64,000 bases of DNA from Escherichia coli (lineage in GTDB: Bacteria; Pseudomonadota; Gammaproteobacteria; Enterobacterales; Enterobacteriaceae), in assembly GCF_024502345.1 (NCBI RefSeq), contig NZ_JALDNN010000001.1, one strand, 5' to 3'. The translations under genes were made by a program, and so were the position numbers. Every line of letters begins with the position of its first letter. Position 1 is the first letter of the stretch. Below are positions 39,096-51,921 of this stretch, one piece after another. The notes under the pieces were generated by a model, which saw only the letters and a program-made list of their open reading frames with translations, did no database searches and had not been told where the DNA came from.

Positions 39096-40856
39096 TTAAC
39101 CGCGTAATTCGTGCGCCCGACGAAAACGACCTTCGTAATCGAACACTTTTTCACGCACTTGCCAGTACTGACCTTTCATGCGGGCGACGACAAAATCCGG
39201 ATGTCGCAGTAAGGCTTGCTGGGCGAGGATATCGGCGGCGGTGATCCAGCGCAGAGGGATGCCCGGTGTGCGCGTATGCGGGCGGATAAAAAGCTGCTCG
39301 AAGGCAGTTCGCTGGGCGGGCGTTTGCAGACGGAAACGCTCACTCACATCCGCGCCGTCTTCATCGTAATAGGTGATTTTCAACCATTCGCCTTTCTCGT
39401 CGTGCCCATGCTGCAAAGACATGCCGCTACAGCGTAATACCAGCGCGTCTTTCAGTCGTAGCGCCGCTTTTAACATATCGTCAGGATCAACCAGTACCGT
39501 GTCACATTCGCGGCAGCGGCGAGCGGCAATATCATTTTCTGCGTTACATTGCGGGCAATTTTTAAAACGGAAACGGAAGTCACACTGTTCGCGATGACCG
39601 TCGTCATCTTCAAACCATCCCTGGCAGCGGCGACCAAAGTGTTCAATCAATGTTCCGTCAGCGGTCGTTTTCCCCCAAAAGGTGTTAGCAAAGCCGCAGG
39701 CAGGGCAGAAAACCTGTACCGGAACGTTGTCACTTTTGCCTTTCGGTGTACCAACTTCCGGCGCGTAGAGGTCGTGAGGATTACCCGCATAATCAAGAAT
39801 TAAGCAATCAGTCTTGCCAGGAGCGAGACGCAGACCGCGCCCGACAATCTGTTGGTAAAGACTCACTGATTCGGTAGGGCGCAGAATGGCGATAAGATCG
39901 ACGTGCGGGGCGTCAAATCCGGTGGTCAGTACCGCGACGTTGACCAGATAGCGAAAACGCTGGGCTTTAAAATTTTCAATTAACACATCGCGCTCAGCGC
40001 CGGGGGTGTCGCCAGTAATCAGTGCAGCATCTTCGGCGGGTAGTAATCCCACAATCTCTTTTGCGTGTTCAACGGTGGCGGCGAAAATCATCACCCCTTT
40101 GCGCGTTGCAGCAAACTCCATAATCTGGCTGATGATGTGCGGGGTAATACGTTGTTGTTTTTTTAGCTCGCGGTTGAGATCGGCTTCGCTGAACAGCCCA
40201 TTACTCTGTGCCTGCAAGCGGCTGAAATCGTATTGCACTACTGGCATATCCAGTCGTTCTGGCGGCGTCAGATAGCCGTGTTTAATCATATAACGCAGCG
40301 GCAGTTCATAAATGCAGTCACGGAAAAGGGCTTTCTCATCGCCGCGTACCATGCCGTGATAATGGAACTGGTAGATCCAGCCTTTGCCCAGTCGAAAAGG
40401 CGTGGCAGTCAGCCCCAGCAGGCGTAAGTGGGGATTCACTTTTGTCAGGTGAGTGAGGATTTGCTGATACTGGCTCTCTTCATCGTCACCAATACGGTGA
40501 CATTCATCGACAATCAACAGCGAAAATTCACCCTGAAAGGCATCAAGATTACGGGCGACCGACTGCACGCTGCCAAATACCACTTTACCGTGGCTCTCTT
40601 TGCGCTTTAGCCCGGCGGCAAAAATATCGGCTTCCAGCCCCAGCGCCTGATACTTTGCATGGTTTTGCGCCACCAGTTCTTTAACGTGTGCCAGCACCAG
40701 TACGCGACCACGAGCCAGCCGTGCCAGTTCCGCTATCACCAGGCTTTTACCTGCGCCGGTGGGCAGCACGATAACGGCAGGGGTTTTATGACGACGAAAA
40801 TGGTTGAGCGTGGCATCCACGGCTTCTTGCTGATATGGGCGAAGTGTAAAAATCAT
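39096..40856 (-). CDS. radD: ATP-dependent DNA repair helicase RadD (YejH)
   Basis: 586 aa, helicase motifs (GAGKS, DECH), C-terminal zinc-finger cysteines. Confidence 0.95.
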   Translation of the reverse strand: MIFTLRPYQQEAVDATLNHFRRHKTPAVIVLPTGAGKSLVIAELARLARGRVLVLAHVKELVAQNHAKYQALGLEADIFAAGLKRKESHGKVVFGSVQSVARNLDAFQGEFSLLIVDECHRIGDDEESQYQQILTHLTKVNPHLRLLGLTATPFRLGKGWIYQFHYHGMVRGDEKALFRDCIYELPLRYMIKHGYLTPPERLDMPVVQYDFSRLQAQSNGLFSEADLNRELKKQQRITPHIISQIMEFAATRKGVMIFAATVEHAKEIVGLLPAEDAALITGDTPGAERDVLIENFKAQRFRYLVNVAVLTTGFDAPHVDLIAILRPTESVSLYQQIVGRGLRLAPGKTDCLILDYAGNPHDLYAPEVGTPKGKSDNVPVQVFCPACGFANTFWGKTTADGTLIEHFGRRCQGWFEDDDGHREQCDFRFRFKNCPQCNAENDIAARRCRECDTVLVDPDDMLKAALRLKDALVLRCSGMSLQHGHDEKGEWLKITYYDEDGADVSERFRLQTPAQRTAFEQLFIRPHTRTPGIPLRWITAADILAQQALLRHPDFVVARMKGQYWQVREKVFDYEGRFRRAHELRG

Positions 40857-41005
40857 GGTCTCGCGTAGGTAGATTATTCTGCTAATAGTATGCCACGGAT
40901 CTTTTTCCCTTGAGGGATGTTATTAGACCGCTATACTGGGCAGACAACAGTTCAGATTTTCGGGTCATTACCCGACCTCCGTTTTTTACAGGCAAAATCA
41001 CACAC

Positions 41006-41701
41006 ATGCGACTTGATAAATTTATCGCACAGCAACTCGGTGTTAGCCGTGCTATTGCCGGGCGTGAAATCCGCGGCAATCGTGTCACCGTTGATGGCGA
41101 AATCGTCCGCAATGCAGCGTTCAAACTGCTCCCTGAACACGATGTTGCTTATGATGGCAATCCGCTGGTGCAGCAACACGGCCCACGTTATTTCATGCTC
41201 AACAAGCCCCAGGGCTATGTTTGCTCAACTGATGACCCGGATCACCCAACGGTGCTCTATTTTCTGGATGAACCTGTGGCGTGGAAACTGCACGCGGCGG
41301 GGCGGTTGGATATTGATACCACCGGTCTGGTGCTGATGACTGACGACGGTCAGTGGTCGCATCGCATTACTTCTCCGCGTCATCATTGCGAGAAGACCTA
41401 TCTGGTGACGCTGGAATCACCCGTAGCTGACGATACGGCAGAGCAATTTGCCAAAGGCGTACAGCTGCATAACGAAAAAGATCTCACTAAGCCAGCGGTG
41501 CTGGAAGTGATTACCCCTACGCAGGTCCGTCTGACCATCAGCGAAGGGCGTTATCATCAGGTGAAACGCATGTTCGCCGCTGTGGGTAACCATGTGGTTG
41601 AGCTGCATCGTGAACGTATTGGCGGTATTACGCTGGATGCTGATTTAGCCCCCGGTGAATATCGTCCGTTAACTGAAGAAGAAATTGCCAGCGTCGTCTA
41701 A
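41006..41701 (+). CDS. rsuA: 16S rRNA pseudouridine(516) synthase
   Basis: 231 aa [16 protein letters not shown]..., S4 domain plus pseudouridine synthase. Confidence 0.95.
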   Translation: MRLDKFIAQQLGVSRAIAGREIRGNRVTVDGEIVRNAAFKLLPEHDVAYDGNPLVQQHGPRYFMLNKPQGYVCSTDDPDHPTVLYFLDEPVAWKLHAAGRLDIDTTGLVLMTDDGQWSHRITSPRHHCEKTYLVTLESPVADDTAEQFAKGVQLHNEKDLTKPAVLEVITPTQVRLTISEGRYHQVKRMFAAVGNHVVELHRERIGGITLDADLAPGEYRPLTEEEIASVV

Positions 41702-41728
41702 CTTTTCCATGACTTTCAGGAGCCCGTT

Positions 41729-42919
41729 GTGACCACCCGACAGCATTCGTCGTTTGCTATTGTTTTTATCCTTGGCCTGCTGGCCATGTTGATGCCGCTG
41801 TCGATTGATATGTATCTGCCCGCGCTACCGGTAATTTCAGCGCAGTTTGGCGTACCTGCGGGCAGTACGCAGATGACCCTCAGTACTTATATTCTGGGCT
41901 TTGCGTTGGGGCAGTTAATCTACGGGCCGATGGCAGACAGCTTTGGGCGTAAGCCGGTGGTTCTTGGCGGTACGCTGGTGTTTGCCGCCGCCGCGGTGGC
42001 GTGTGCGTTGGCACAAACCATCGATCAGCTGATTGTGATGCGTTTCTTCCACGGGCTGGCGGCGGCTGCGGCCAGCGTGGTTATCAACGCTTTGATGCGT
42101 GATATCTACCCGAAAGAAGAGTTCTCGCGGATGATGTCGTTTGTCATGCTGGTGACGACCATTGCACCGCTGATGGCACCGATAGTTGGCGGCTGGGTGC
42201 TGGTGTGGCTGAGCTGGCATTACATCTTCTGGATCCTCGCCGTGGCGGCGATTCTGGCTTCGGCAATGATCTTCTTTCTGATCAAAGAAACCTTACCACC
42301 GGAGCGTCGCCAGCCTTTTCACATTCGTACCACTATTGGTAACTTTGCGGCGCTGTTCCGTCATAAGCGTGTCCTGAGTTATATGCTTGCCAGTGGTTTC
42401 AGCTTTGCCGGGATGTTCTCGTTCTTAAGCGCCGGACCGTTTGTCTACATTGAAATTAACCACGTCGCGCCGGAAAACTTTGGTTATTACTTTGCACTAA
42501 ACATTGTTTTCCTGTTCGTGATGACCATTTTTAACAGCCGCTTCGTCCGCCGTATTGGCGCGTTAAATATGTTCCGCTCGGGGTTGTGGATACAGTTTAT
42601 TATGGCGGCGTGGATGGTCATCAGTGCGCTGCTGGGGCTGGGATTCTGGTCGCTGGTGGTTGGCGTTGCGGCGTTTGTGGGCTGCGTGTCGATGGTGTCA
42701 TCCAATGCGATGGCGGTCATTCTTGATGAGTTTCCCCATATGGCGGGAACGGCATCTTCGCTGGCAGGAACCTTCCGTTTTGGCATAGGGGCAATTGTTG
42801 GCGCATTGCTTTCTCTTGCGACCTTTAACTCTGCATGGCCGATGATTTGGTCAATTGCATTCTGCGCAAGCAGCTCCATTCTCTTCTGTCTGTACGCCAG
42901 TCGACCGAAAAAACGGTGA
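41729..42919 (+). CDS. bcr: MFS efflux transporter (bicyclomycin resistance protein)
   Basis: 396 aa, 12-TM MFS profile. Confidence 0.95.
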   Translation: MTTRQHSSFAIVFILGLLAMLMPLSIDMYLPALPVISAQFGVPAGSTQMTLSTYILGFALGQLIYGPMADSFGRKPVVLGGTLVFAAAAVACALAQTIDQLIVMRFFHGLAAAAASVVINALMRDIYPKEEFSRMMSFVMLVTTIAPLMAPIVGGWVLVWLSWHYIFWILAVAAILASAMIFFLIKETLPPERRQPFHIRTTIGNFAALFRHKRVLSYMLASGFSFAGMFSFLSAGPFVYIEINHVAPENFGYYFALNIVFLFVMTIFNSRFVRRIGALNMFRSGLWIQFIMAAWMVISALLGLGFWSLVVGVAAFVGCVSMVSSNAMAVILDEFPHMAGTASSLAGTFRFGIGAIVGALLSLATFNSAWPMIWSIAFCASSSILFCLYASRPKKR

Positions 42920-43251
42920 TCTATTGCACAACGAGGAAGCTAAAAGGCTTTCTTTGTTGATGCATGTCAACCACAAATCTATCATTCCCCCGATATATGT
43001 TTATTTTATGTAAAATCAATTTATGTAAAAAGTCACATCATTGTAGTTAAAAAGGTTGAGTTAGATCGCAGAAACGGGTACATATAGCCCCGCAAACGTG
43101 ACCACGCCCGCAGATATTACTTAAATCAGAGCCATAGAGGCCACGCAGGCGAGGCATCAATCTTTACGATCTGTATAAAGACGGATTGTTGATGATGTGT
43201 TAAAATTGATGTAAACAAATTGTGAAGTGAATGTGCTTCCGGGGAAAATAA

Positions 43252-43596
43252 GTGACTTCATTACAACTCTCAATCGTCCATCGACTGCCGCAGAACTATC
43301 GCTGGTCTGCTGGTTTCGCAGGTTCGAAGGTTGAACCGATTCCGCAAAATGGACCGTGCGGTGACAACAGCCTGGTGGCGCTTAAATTGCTTAGCCCGGA
43401 TGGTGATAATGCATGGTCGGTGATGTATAAACTAAGCCAGGCGTTAAGCGACATCGAAGTTCCATGTTCGGTGCTGGAGTGTGAAGGTGAGCCGTGCCTG
43501 TTTGTAAATCGCCAGGACGAGTTTGCTGCAACATGCCGATTGAAAAATTTTGGTGTGGCAATTGCCGAACCCTTTTCAAACTACAATCCTTTTTAA
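43252..43596 (+). CDS. yejG: uncharacterised protein YejG
   Basis: 114 aa; conserved position between bcr and yejF. Confidence 0.85.
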
Positions 43597-43599
43597 GCG

Positions 43600-45189
43600 T
43601 CAGCTCAACGCCAGTAGCTGACGCGTATACTCCTGCTGCGGTGTGGCAAACACGCGCGCGCACGGTCCTTGTTCCACTACTTCCCCTTGTCGCAGTACGA
43701 TAACCTGATGACATAACGCGCGGACAACGTGCAAATCGTGGCTGATAAACAAATAGGCCAGTTGATGCTTTTGTTGCAATGATTTCAATAGCGTCAATAT
43801 TTGCGCCTGTACCGTTTTGTCGAGTGATGATGTCGGTTCATCAAGTATGATCAGCGAGGGCTTAAGAATTAATGCCCTGGCAATCGCAATACGTTGTCGC
43901 TGACCACCAGAGAACTCCGCCGGATAACGGTGGCGTGTTTCAGGATCTAATCCCACTTCATGCATCACGGCTATCACTTGTTGTTCGCGTTGTGCGGCAG
44001 AAAGCGTCGGCTGGTGAACCCGTAAGCCTTCCTCAATAATCTGCAAAACGTTGAGTCGTGGGTTGAGCGAGGAGTTTGGATCCTGAAATACCACCTGAAT
44101 GCGATGACGAATAGGTAACAGCTGGCGGCGATTTAAATTTTGCAGTGGCTGACCGTCAAAGATGATGCTGCCCTGAGAATTAATCAGTCGCAGCAGCGCC
44201 AGTCCCGTCGTACTTTTCCCGGAACCGGACTCGCCCACTAAACCCAGTGTTTCACCCGCTCGTAGCGTAAAACTGATGTTTTTCACCACCACATTATGAT
44301 CCACAATGCGCTTCAAAATCCCTTTGCGAATGGGGAAGGCAACCTGAAGCTGTTCAACATCCAGCAACGTTGAGGCAGGTTCTGGCAACGGCACTGGATC
44401 GCCTGACGATTCACTGTTGAGTAGCTTTTGTGTGTAAGGATGAGTGGGTGAGGCAAATAGCGTAGCGGCGTAATTTTGCTCGACACAGCGACCGTTTTGC
44501 ATTACCGCCACGCGGTGGGCCAGTTTTCTGACAATGCTGAGGTTATGAGTAATAAACAGCATGCCCATATTCAGCTCGCCTTGCAGTTCGCGCAACAGCT
44601 GTAAAATCTGCGCCTGGACAGAGACGTCCAGTGCGGTGGTCGGTTCATCGGCAATTAATAATTCCGGTCGCGTTAACAGCGCCATCGCAATCATCACCCG
44701 CTGGCGTTCGCCGCCGGAGAGCTGATGCGGATAATCTGTCAGCCGTTTTGCCGCCTGGCGGATACCAACGCGATCAAGGCAGTTAAGAATTTCGCCACGA
44801 GCCGCTTCCCGACGCATCCCGCGGTGGAGTGAAAGCACTTCATAAAGCTGTTTTTCCAGGGTATGCAATGGATTTAACGACACCATCGGCTCCTGAAAAA
44901 TCATGGCGATCTTATTACCACGTACGCCGCGCAACGTTTGATCGCTGGCATGAAGCAGCGATTCGCCATGAAAACGAATATCGCCGGAGAGATATTCAAC
45001 CGGCGGGGAAGGGAGCAGGCGTAAAATTGACAGCGCGGTAACGCTTTTGCCTGAACCAGACTCACCCACCAGCGCCAGCGTTTCGCCAGCCTCAATCTGT
45101 AGTGAAACATCATTTACTACTGTACGTACGGTTTGCTGATGGCGAAAACCCACCGACAAATCTTCAATCGCTAACAGAGTTTGCGTCAT
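43600..45189 (-). CDS. yejF: microcin C/peptide ABC transporter ATP-binding protein (duplicated ATPase)
   Basis: 529 aa from [11 protein letters not shown]; two Walker A motifs (GESGSGKS). Confidence 0.95.
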   Translation of the reverse strand: MTQTLLAIEDLSVGFRHQQTVRTVVNDVSLQIEAGETLALVGESGSGKSVTALSILRLLPSPPVEYLSGDIRFHGESLLHASDQTLRGVRGNKIAMIFQEPMVSLNPLHTLEKQLYEVLSLHRGMRREAARGEILNCLDRVGIRQAAKRLTDYPHQLSGGERQRVMIAMALLTRPELLIADEPTTALDVSVQAQILQLLRELQGELNMGMLFITHNLSIVRKLAHRVAVMQNGRCVEQNYAATLFASPTHPYTQKLLNSESSGDPVPLPEPASTLLDVEQLQVAFPIRKGILKRIVDHNVVVKNISFTLRAGETLGLVGESGSGKSTTGLALLRLINSQGSIIFDGQPLQNLNRRQLLPIRHRIQVVFQDPNSSLNPRLNVLQIIEEGLRVHQPTLSAAQREQQVIAVMHEVGLDPETRHRYPAEFSGGQRQRIAIARALILKPSLIILDEPTSSLDKTVQAQILTLLKSLQQKHQLAYLFISHDLHVVRALCHQVIVLRQGEVVEQGPCARVFATPQQEYTRQLLALS

Positions 45190-45190
45190 G

Positions 45191-46216
45191 CTACACCGCC
45201 TTATTAGGATCAAATGCGTCGCGGACGGCTTCACCAATAAAGATCAGCAAAGACAATAATATCGCCACCGACAAGAAGGCGGTGATCCCAAGCCACGGGG
45301 CCTGAAGGTTATTTTTCCCTTGTAACAGCAGTTCACCGAGTGACGGTGAACCGAGCGGCAGACCGAAGCCGAGGAAATCGAGTGAGGTCAGGGTGGTGAT
45401 CGAACTACATAAAATAAACGGTAAAAAGGTGAGGGTCGCGACCATGGCATTAGGCAACATATGACGCAGGATGATACTGCGATCGCTGACGCCAAGCGCC
45501 TGCGCCGCACGAATGTAGTCGAAATTACGGGTACGTAAAAACTCCGCCCGCACCACGCCGACCAGACTCATCCAGCCAAACAAGACAGTAATTGCCAGCA
45601 GCCACCAGAAGTTAGGCTGTACGACGCTGGAAAGTAAAATAATCAAAAACAGCGTCGGCATCCCCGACCATACTTCAATAAAGCGTTGTCCCCAGAGATC
45701 GACTTTACCGCCGTAATAGCCTTGTAGCGCCCCCGCCAGCACGCCCATCACGCTGGAACAGAGAGTCAGCATCAGGCCAAACAGAACCGAGATCCGCGTG
45801 CCATAGAGAATACGTGCCAGCACATCGCCGCCGTTGGCATCCGTTCCCAGCCAGTTTTGCCGGGAGGGTGGAGAAGGGAAGGGCTTATCGGTAGCAAAGT
45901 TGATACTGGTAGCACCAAAGCGAATCGGTGCCCACAGTACCCAGCCGTTATTTTCCAGCCGTTGTTTCAGCCACGGGTCCTGATAATCAGCCTGACTTGC
46001 CAGAGGGCCGCCAAAATCGCTTTCACTGTAATTTTTCAACAACGGAAAATACCAACTGCCGTCATAACGCACCAGCAACGGTTTATCGTTGGCGATAAGT
46101 TCAGAACACAAACTCAAACCAAACAAAACGAGGAAAATCCATAACGACCAGTAGCCGCGACGGTTATGGCGAAAACGCGCCCAACGGGCCTGATTGACGG
46201 GGCTGAGTCGCGACAT
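45191..46216 (-). CDS. yejE: peptide ABC transporter permease
   Basis: 341 aa, TM permease. Confidence 0.95.
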   Translation of the reverse strand: MSRLSPVNQARWARFRHNRRGYWSLWIFLVLFGLSLCSELIANDKPLLVRYDGSWYFPLLKNYSESDFGGPLASQADYQDPWLKQRLENNGWVLWAPIRFGATSINFATDKPFPSPPSRQNWLGTDANGGDVLARILYGTRISVLFGLMLTLCSSVMGVLAGALQGYYGGKVDLWGQRFIEVWSGMPTLFLIILLSSVVQPNFWWLLAITVLFGWMSLVGVVRAEFLRTRNFDYIRAAQALGVSDRSIILRHMLPNAMVATLTFLPFILCSSITTLTSLDFLGFGLPLGSPSLGELLLQGKNNLQAPWLGITAFLSVAILLSLLIFIGEAVRDAFDPNKAV

Positions 46217-47310
46217 TAACGTCCCTCAAAATCTATACGCGGATCGACCAGCGTATAGCTGATATCACTGACAATATTCAGCAGCAGGCCAATCAGGGTG
46301 AAAATATACAAGGTACCAAACATTACAGGATAATCGCGCGAGACGGTCGCTTCGTAGCCCAGTAAGCCAAGACCATTGAGTGAAAACATCACCTCAATCA
46401 GCAGCGAGCCGGTAAAAAACATGCTGATAAACGTCGCCGGAAAACCGGCAATCACCAGCAGCATGGCGTTGCGGAACACATGTTTCCAGAGAATATTTTT
46501 TTCACTTACCCCTTTCGCACGCGCGGTCACCACGTATTGCTTGCGTACTTCATCAAGGAATGAGTTTTTTGTCAGCATAGTCAGCGCCGCAAAGCCACCA
46601 ATCACCGTCGCCAGCACCGGCAGCGTGATATGCCACAGATAATCGGTGATTTTCTGATACCACGGCAGCGAATCAAAGTTAGCGGAAACCAGGCCGCGTA
46701 GAGGGAACAGGTCGAAATAGCTGCCGCCTGCGAAGAAGACAATCAGCAGGATGGCAAACAAAAAGGCCGGAATGGCGTAGCCGATGATGATAAATGCGCT
46801 ACTCCAGACGTCAAAGCGGCTCCCATTATAAACAGCTTTGCGAATGCCTAACGGAATCGACACCAGATAGATAATCAGCGTGCTCCATAATCCGAGGGTG
46901 ATGGAAACCGGCAGACTGTCTTTAATCAGCGTCAGCACCGAGGCGCTGCGAAACAGGCTATCGCCAAAATCAAAGCGGATGTAGTCCCAGAGCATTTTGA
47001 AGTAACGTTCGTGGATCGGCTTATCGAAACCGTAGCGATGAGTGATCTCGGCGATCACTTCTGGATCTAATCCGCGTCCGCCACGGTAATTACTGTCGCT
47101 GATATTGCCGACACCCGTTTGCGCATGGCTGGCACGAACACCTTCACCGCCTGCGCCGGGTAATACTCCGGCATTACCAAACTCAATGGCGGCGATGGCC
47201 TGGTCGATCGGACCGCCAGGCGCAATTTGCACGATGAAAAAGTTGATAGTGATAATCGCCCATAACGTTGGGATCACCAGCAACAGACGGCGAATCAGAT
47301 AAGCGCCCAT
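46216..47310 (-). CDS. yejB: peptide ABC transporter permease
   Basis: 364 aa, TM permease. Confidence 0.95.
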   Translation of the reverse strand: MGAYLIRRLLLVIPTLWAIITINFFIVQIAPGGPIDQAIAAIEFGNAGVLPGAGGEGVRASHAQTGVGNISDSNYRGGRGLDPEVIAEITHRYGFDKPIHERYFKMLWDYIRFDFGDSLFRSASVLTLIKDSLPVSITLGLWSTLIIYLVSIPLGIRKAVYNGSRFDVWSSAFIIIGYAIPAFLFAILLIVFFAGGSYFDLFPLRGLVSANFDSLPWYQKITDYLWHITLPVLATVIGGFAALTMLTKNSFLDEVRKQYVVTARAKGVSEKNILWKHVFRNAMLLVIAGFPATFISMFFTGSLLIEVMFSLNGLGLLGYEATVSRDYPVMFGTLYIFTLIGLLLNIVSDISYTLVDPRIDFEGR

Positions 47311-49125
47311 CTACTCTCCCTGTTGCCTGGCTGACGGCAGTTTGGCCGCTTTATTAACGTCATACCACCAGGTATCGATACCCAGGCTGTAAACAGGGCG
47401 TACAGCGGGTTGGGAGAATTTATCCCACCAGGCGAGACGGTCTTCCGCCATGTACCACATTGGCAGCATGTAATAATTCCACGTTAATACGCGATCCAGT
47501 GCTCGCCCTAACGGCAGTAATTTTTCTTTATTTCCCTGCGCGGCAATAATTTGGTTGATCAGCGAGTCGATAACCGGGCTTTGCACGCCGGGGGCATTAT
47601 AAGTGGAATTGATATATTCCGATGACCAGGAAATCTGTAAATCGGAACTGGGCCACGGCATCGCCCGCCATACGCGCGGCATCATGTCATAGTCGCGACT
47701 GCGCATGCGGTTGGTGATTTGCGAGTTATCCACCTTGCGAATGTCCATGTTGATACCCAGCCGTTGCAGGCTGTGCTGGAACGGCAATACCCACTGACTA
47801 TTGCTGCTTGCAGGAAGCAATAATTCAAAGCTGAGTGGCTGACCCGTTGTGGCATTAACGCGTTGCTGACCCTTCAGCACCCAGCCCGCTTCGTTGAGAA
47901 GTTTGTCGGCTTTTAACAGGTTGTCACGATCGTAGCCATCGCCTTTAGATACCGGCGGCTGGTAGATTTGTGTGAAGACTTCTGACGGTAGATCTTTTTT
48001 CATTGGTGCCAGAAGCACCAGCTCCGCGGCGTCGGGGTAATTTCTGGCCGCGTATTCGGTATTCTGAAAATAACTGTTCGTGCGACTCCAGGCATTGTAA
48101 AACAACGCCTTGTTCATCCATTCAAAGTCAAAGGCGAGGGTGATTGCTTCGCGGACCCGGCGATCGCTGAATACCGGACGTTGGATATTAAACGCCAGCC
48201 AGCGCGTATCCTGGGCTGATTCGTTCTTTTGCTCATCTTTGATGATGTATTTTTTATCGAAATTTTTACCGGTATAACGCGTGGCCCAGTTTTTAGCGTC
48301 GTTTTCCATACGCAAATCAAAGGCACCTGCTTTAAACGCTTCAAAGGCGACATTATCATCGAGGTAATAATCGTAGCGAATGGTGTCGAAATTCCAGCGT
48401 CCACGGTTTACCGGTAAGTTTGCTGCCCAGTAATCTTTCACGCGGGAATAGACAATATTTTGCCCCATTTTCCAGGACGTAATTCGGTACGGACCACTGG
48501 CAAGCGGAGGCGTGGCGAGTGGATCGCTAAGTTTGTGATCCTTCCAGTACTTTTCTGGAAATACCGGCAGCGAAAACAGACTCAACATATCTTCTTTGCC
48601 GGGTTTAGCTAACTCAATGCGCACGGTTAACGGCGCAATGGCTTTGACGGTGGTGCCTTTGTAGACCAGACGAAATTGCGGCACGCCTTCGGTCATAAAT
48701 TTTTGAAAAGTAAACTCTACATCGCGGGCAGTAATGGGCGAACCATCATGAAAACGGGCGCGCGGATTAATAGCTACCTCCACCCAGGAATAATCGTCAG
48801 CATAGCGTGCACTTTCAGCAATCAGCGGGTAATAACTGCCTGGTTCGTCATCGGAAGTCGTAAATAGCGTGTCGTACAGCTGCTCGGTGCGTGCGCCCGG
48901 GTTGCCGCGCAGTGCATAGCGGTTGAAATTATCGAAGGTGCCGAGGGCTGACAACGTTATCTGCCCACCTTTTGGCGCGGCGGGGTTCACATAATCAAAA
49001 TGGTTGAAATTAAACGCGTACCGGGGTTCGCCCAGCACGGCAAAGGCATAGCTTTCCTTGATAGCCTGCGCCTGCGCACCAAAGGTGAACAGAGCGATAA
49101 ACAGCAGCAGTATGCGCACAATCAT
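47311..49125 (-). CDS. yejA: peptide ABC transporter periplasmic substrate-binding protein
   Basis: 604 aa with signal peptide. Confidence 0.95.
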   Translation of the reverse strand: MIVRILLLFIALFTFGAQAQAIKESYAFAVLGEPRYAFNFNHFDYVNPAAPKGGQITLSALGTFDNFNRYALRGNPGARTEQLYDTLFTTSDDEPGSYYPLIAESARYADDYSWVEVAINPRARFHDGSPITARDVEFTFQKFMTEGVPQFRLVYKGTTVKAIAPLTVRIELAKPGKEDMLSLFSLPVFPEKYWKDHKLSDPLATPPLASGPYRITSWKMGQNIVYSRVKDYWAANLPVNRGRWNFDTIRYDYYLDDNVAFEAFKAGAFDLRMENDAKNWATRYTGKNFDKKYIIKDEQKNESAQDTRWLAFNIQRPVFSDRRVREAITLAFDFEWMNKALFYNAWSRTNSYFQNTEYAARNYPDAAELVLLAPMKKDLPSEVFTQIYQPPVSKGDGYDRDNLLKADKLLNEAGWVLKGQQRVNATTGQPLSFELLLPASSNSQWVLPFQHSLQRLGINMDIRKVDNSQITNRMRSRDYDMMPRVWRAMPWPSSDLQISWSSEYINSTYNAPGVQSPVIDSLINQIIAAQGNKEKLLPLGRALDRVLTWNYYMLPMWYMAEDRLAWWDKFSQPAVRPVYSLGIDTWWYDVNKAAKLPSARQQGE

Positions 49126-49206
49126 CTGCAACGGATTTCCTTTTACTCATCATTAGCCGCAATCCGGCATGCTTTCACTATGAATAATAAGGGACGTAAG
49201 CACACC

Positions 49207-50763
49207 TTACCACTGCGGCGTATACGGTTTCTTCAGCCAGCGGACAAAATCGTCCAGCGGTAACGGGCGACTAATCCAGTAGCCTTGCATGAAATTAACG
49301 CCGCGTTCGCTTAGCCATCGCGCCTGTTCCGGCGTTTCGACCCCTTCAGCAACCGTCAGCATATTGAGGCGTTTCGCCAGCGTCAGCACCGCGTCAAGTA
49401 CGGGTGAAGTGATCGTTTCCGTACCGATGGCGTTGATAAATCCACGGTCAATTTTCAGATAATCGAGCGTAAAACGCTCAAGATAGATAAGCGCGCTGTG
49501 CCCGGTGCCGAAGTCATCAATAGCAATTTCTATGCCGACCGAGTGCAGCCAGGCGAAGAGTTGTGTGGCTTCTTGCTCTTTCAGCATATCGCGCTCGGTA
49601 ATTTCCAGCACAATCTGGAAATGGTGTGCGGGCAGGGAAGTGAGCAGTTTCTGGATATCTGCTTTAAAGCTTTCGCTGTGCAGATGGTCCGGCGCAATGT
49701 TAATACCAAATTTGACGCCTACCGGCAGCACTTTTTCTAATTCTGCGGCATCGCGGGCAATTAACTCAAACAGGTGCTGAGTCAGCGGCACAATCATCTT
49801 TTGAGATTCGGCAAAGTTAATGAAGGCATCCGGGGGAATTTCTCCCGCGACAGGATGCCGCCAGCGTAGCAGTACTTCCAGGCCCGTTACTCGCAAAGCT
49901 TGTGTATCCACCACCGGTTGATACGCCACGTAAAATTGTTCGCGCTTGATGGCGGTCATGATTTCTCTGCCGGGGCGCATACGTACGCTCATCAGGTAAT
50001 AGCAGAGCAGGCCAACGACAGTTCCACTCATGCCGCCCAGTAAAAATGCGTACCACACATCGTTCCATGTCCAGTCATCTGCATAAAGCCGAACGGTCAG
50101 AGGAATGCCCGCAATTTTAGTTTCACGGACTGGCATGTCGGTTAATTCATTAACGTTCATCAAACGTGAAGAAAAGGTAGATAGCGCAGTATTACCAATA
50201 ATGAGGGCGACGCCATCGTAATCTTCCTGCCTTGAACTATAAAAGAGAGAAGGCGTCAGGTTGAGATTCAGAGCGGCAAAGACGCCGCTATTTTTCAGCA
50301 AAGGGTTGCGATACCAGATGACGATTGCGGGTTTGTTCGGCACCATCGGCGTGCCGGGTAAGATCGCCATATCGACGTTTTTATTAATGTCGAGCGCCGG
50401 AATCAATTCATTGAGTGGAATGTCCATCTCACCGGTCGCAGATGAACAGAATGTTTTTTTATCTTTCACCAGCACAAACGTACGGACATTCATGCTAAAC
50501 GCCGCGCGGGCGGTCAGTTCGGGGTTAGCCTGCTGGCAGGTATCTAAGGTCAGCGGCTGGAGCCGGTCAGTAGTGGATTTCAGGTCGGCAAAATAGGTAT
50601 CGAGATACTTTTGTACGTCGGTAATCAGTGTGTCGTATTTGACTTCGTGCTTATGCCAGGCCACTAAAAACTGAAGGCAACTCACCAGTATCGCAATCAT
50701 TACGCCTGCAACAATGCAGGTAAGCAGGAGCTTACGTCCAGAATTGGGAGCGCGTATGAACAT
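49207..50763 (-). CDS. pdeN: c-di-GMP phosphodiesterase with EAL domain (Rtn/PdeN)
   Basis: 518 aa; two TM helices flanking a periplasmic domain, C-terminal EAL domain. Confidence 0.9.
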   Translation of the reverse strand: MFIRAPNSGRKLLLTCIVAGVMIAILVSCLQFLVAWHKHEVKYDTLITDVQKYLDTYFADLKSTTDRLQPLTLDTCQQANPELTARAAFSMNVRTFVLVKDKKTFCSSATGEMDIPLNELIPALDINKNVDMAILPGTPMVPNKPAIVIWYRNPLLKNSGVFAALNLNLTPSLFYSSRQEDYDGVALIIGNTALSTFSSRLMNVNELTDMPVRETKIAGIPLTVRLYADDWTWNDVWYAFLLGGMSGTVVGLLCYYLMSVRMRPGREIMTAIKREQFYVAYQPVVDTQALRVTGLEVLLRWRHPVAGEIPPDAFINFAESQKMIVPLTQHLFELIARDAAELEKVLPVGVKFGINIAPDHLHSESFKADIQKLLTSLPAHHFQIVLEITERDMLKEQEATQLFAWLHSVGIEIAIDDFGTGHSALIYLERFTLDYLKIDRGFINAIGTETITSPVLDAVLTLAKRLNMLTVAEGVETPEQARWLSERGVNFMQGYWISRPLPLDDFVRWLKKPYTPQW

Positions 50764-50943
50764 GATTCCGTTAATTTCCTGAAATTACGACAACATTTAA
50801 AAGATAACAATGACCGGACTATAGCCTGGATCAAGACGCGGAAACATCATTTTCTCTGATGAATGAAAACAAAAAAGCACTGCCTAAGCAGTGCTTTCAG
50901 TTAACTCGTCAGGATAGCCAAGGGATTGCATCCAAACGGTTTA

Positions 50944-51510
50944 TTAGCTGCGGCTGAGAACCCGGCGTGCTTCGTTGTAACGCTTCTTCCAGTACGGTTC
51001 ATTCATGCTGGAAATAATAACACCACTGCTGGTGGAAGCATGGACAAACTGATTGTTGCCGATATAAATACCGACATGGCGTCCCGTTGAACCGGCACGG
51101 AACAGAACTAAATCACCCGTACGCAAATTACTGCGGGAAACAGATTTACCCATTTCCTGCTGTTCGTAAGTCGAACGCGGAAGTTCTAAGCCAAATTGCT
51201 CACGGAATGTACGCTGTACAAAACCAGAACAATCGATACCTTTTTTAGTGCTGCCGCCCAGACGATAACGTACGCCTTTCCAGTCAGCATACTGATCCAT
51301 AATTCGCGATTTTACGTCGACATTACGAACCAGGTTTTCAAATTCATCCTGAGAAGCTTGCAGTGATGATGTTTCACTACCCACTGCACGTGTCTCAGGA
51401 TGCATATTCTTTGCGGTGTTATTTGCACTACATGCAGAAAGCAGAACCGCTACTGCAATCGCGGGGATCCCGCGCAAGATATATCTCAAAATCGGTTGAG
51501 ATTTGACCAT
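50944..51510 (-). CDS. mepS: murein DD-endopeptidase MepS (Spr), NlpC/P60 lipoprotein
   Basis: 188 aa; lipobox LSAC; NlpC/P60 Cys-His residues. Confidence 0.95.
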
Positions 51511-51921
51511 GTTGTTTGTTTTCCCTTGAAGTCCTTAACGACAAATATCGTTATAAAAAAATGCCAAGCGACACGAGACTAATTACCTGGGCATGTTGAA
51601 ACAATTCCTTAAGGCCAAATCTGTGGACTAACGCACAAAATTATATGCTGTGAGGATAATCTACCGCCGAGGCAAAACGAGTTCGAGATTACCCGATTGG
51701 TGCGGTCTTGGCGAGCGGTTTTACATGATTTTTTATAAGAAAAAGTGATACAGAAAGTTAATAAGCGGGATTGGTCAATTAAAGTACGATTGAGTGAAAC
51801 GCATGCAATCCATTCATTTACTTAGAGAATGATTTTTGCTTTCGATGGATGAAAGCACGGTGCGCATCATCAGGATTATCCTCACTATAAAAATAAACCT
51901 GATGATGTTAATTACTGTGAG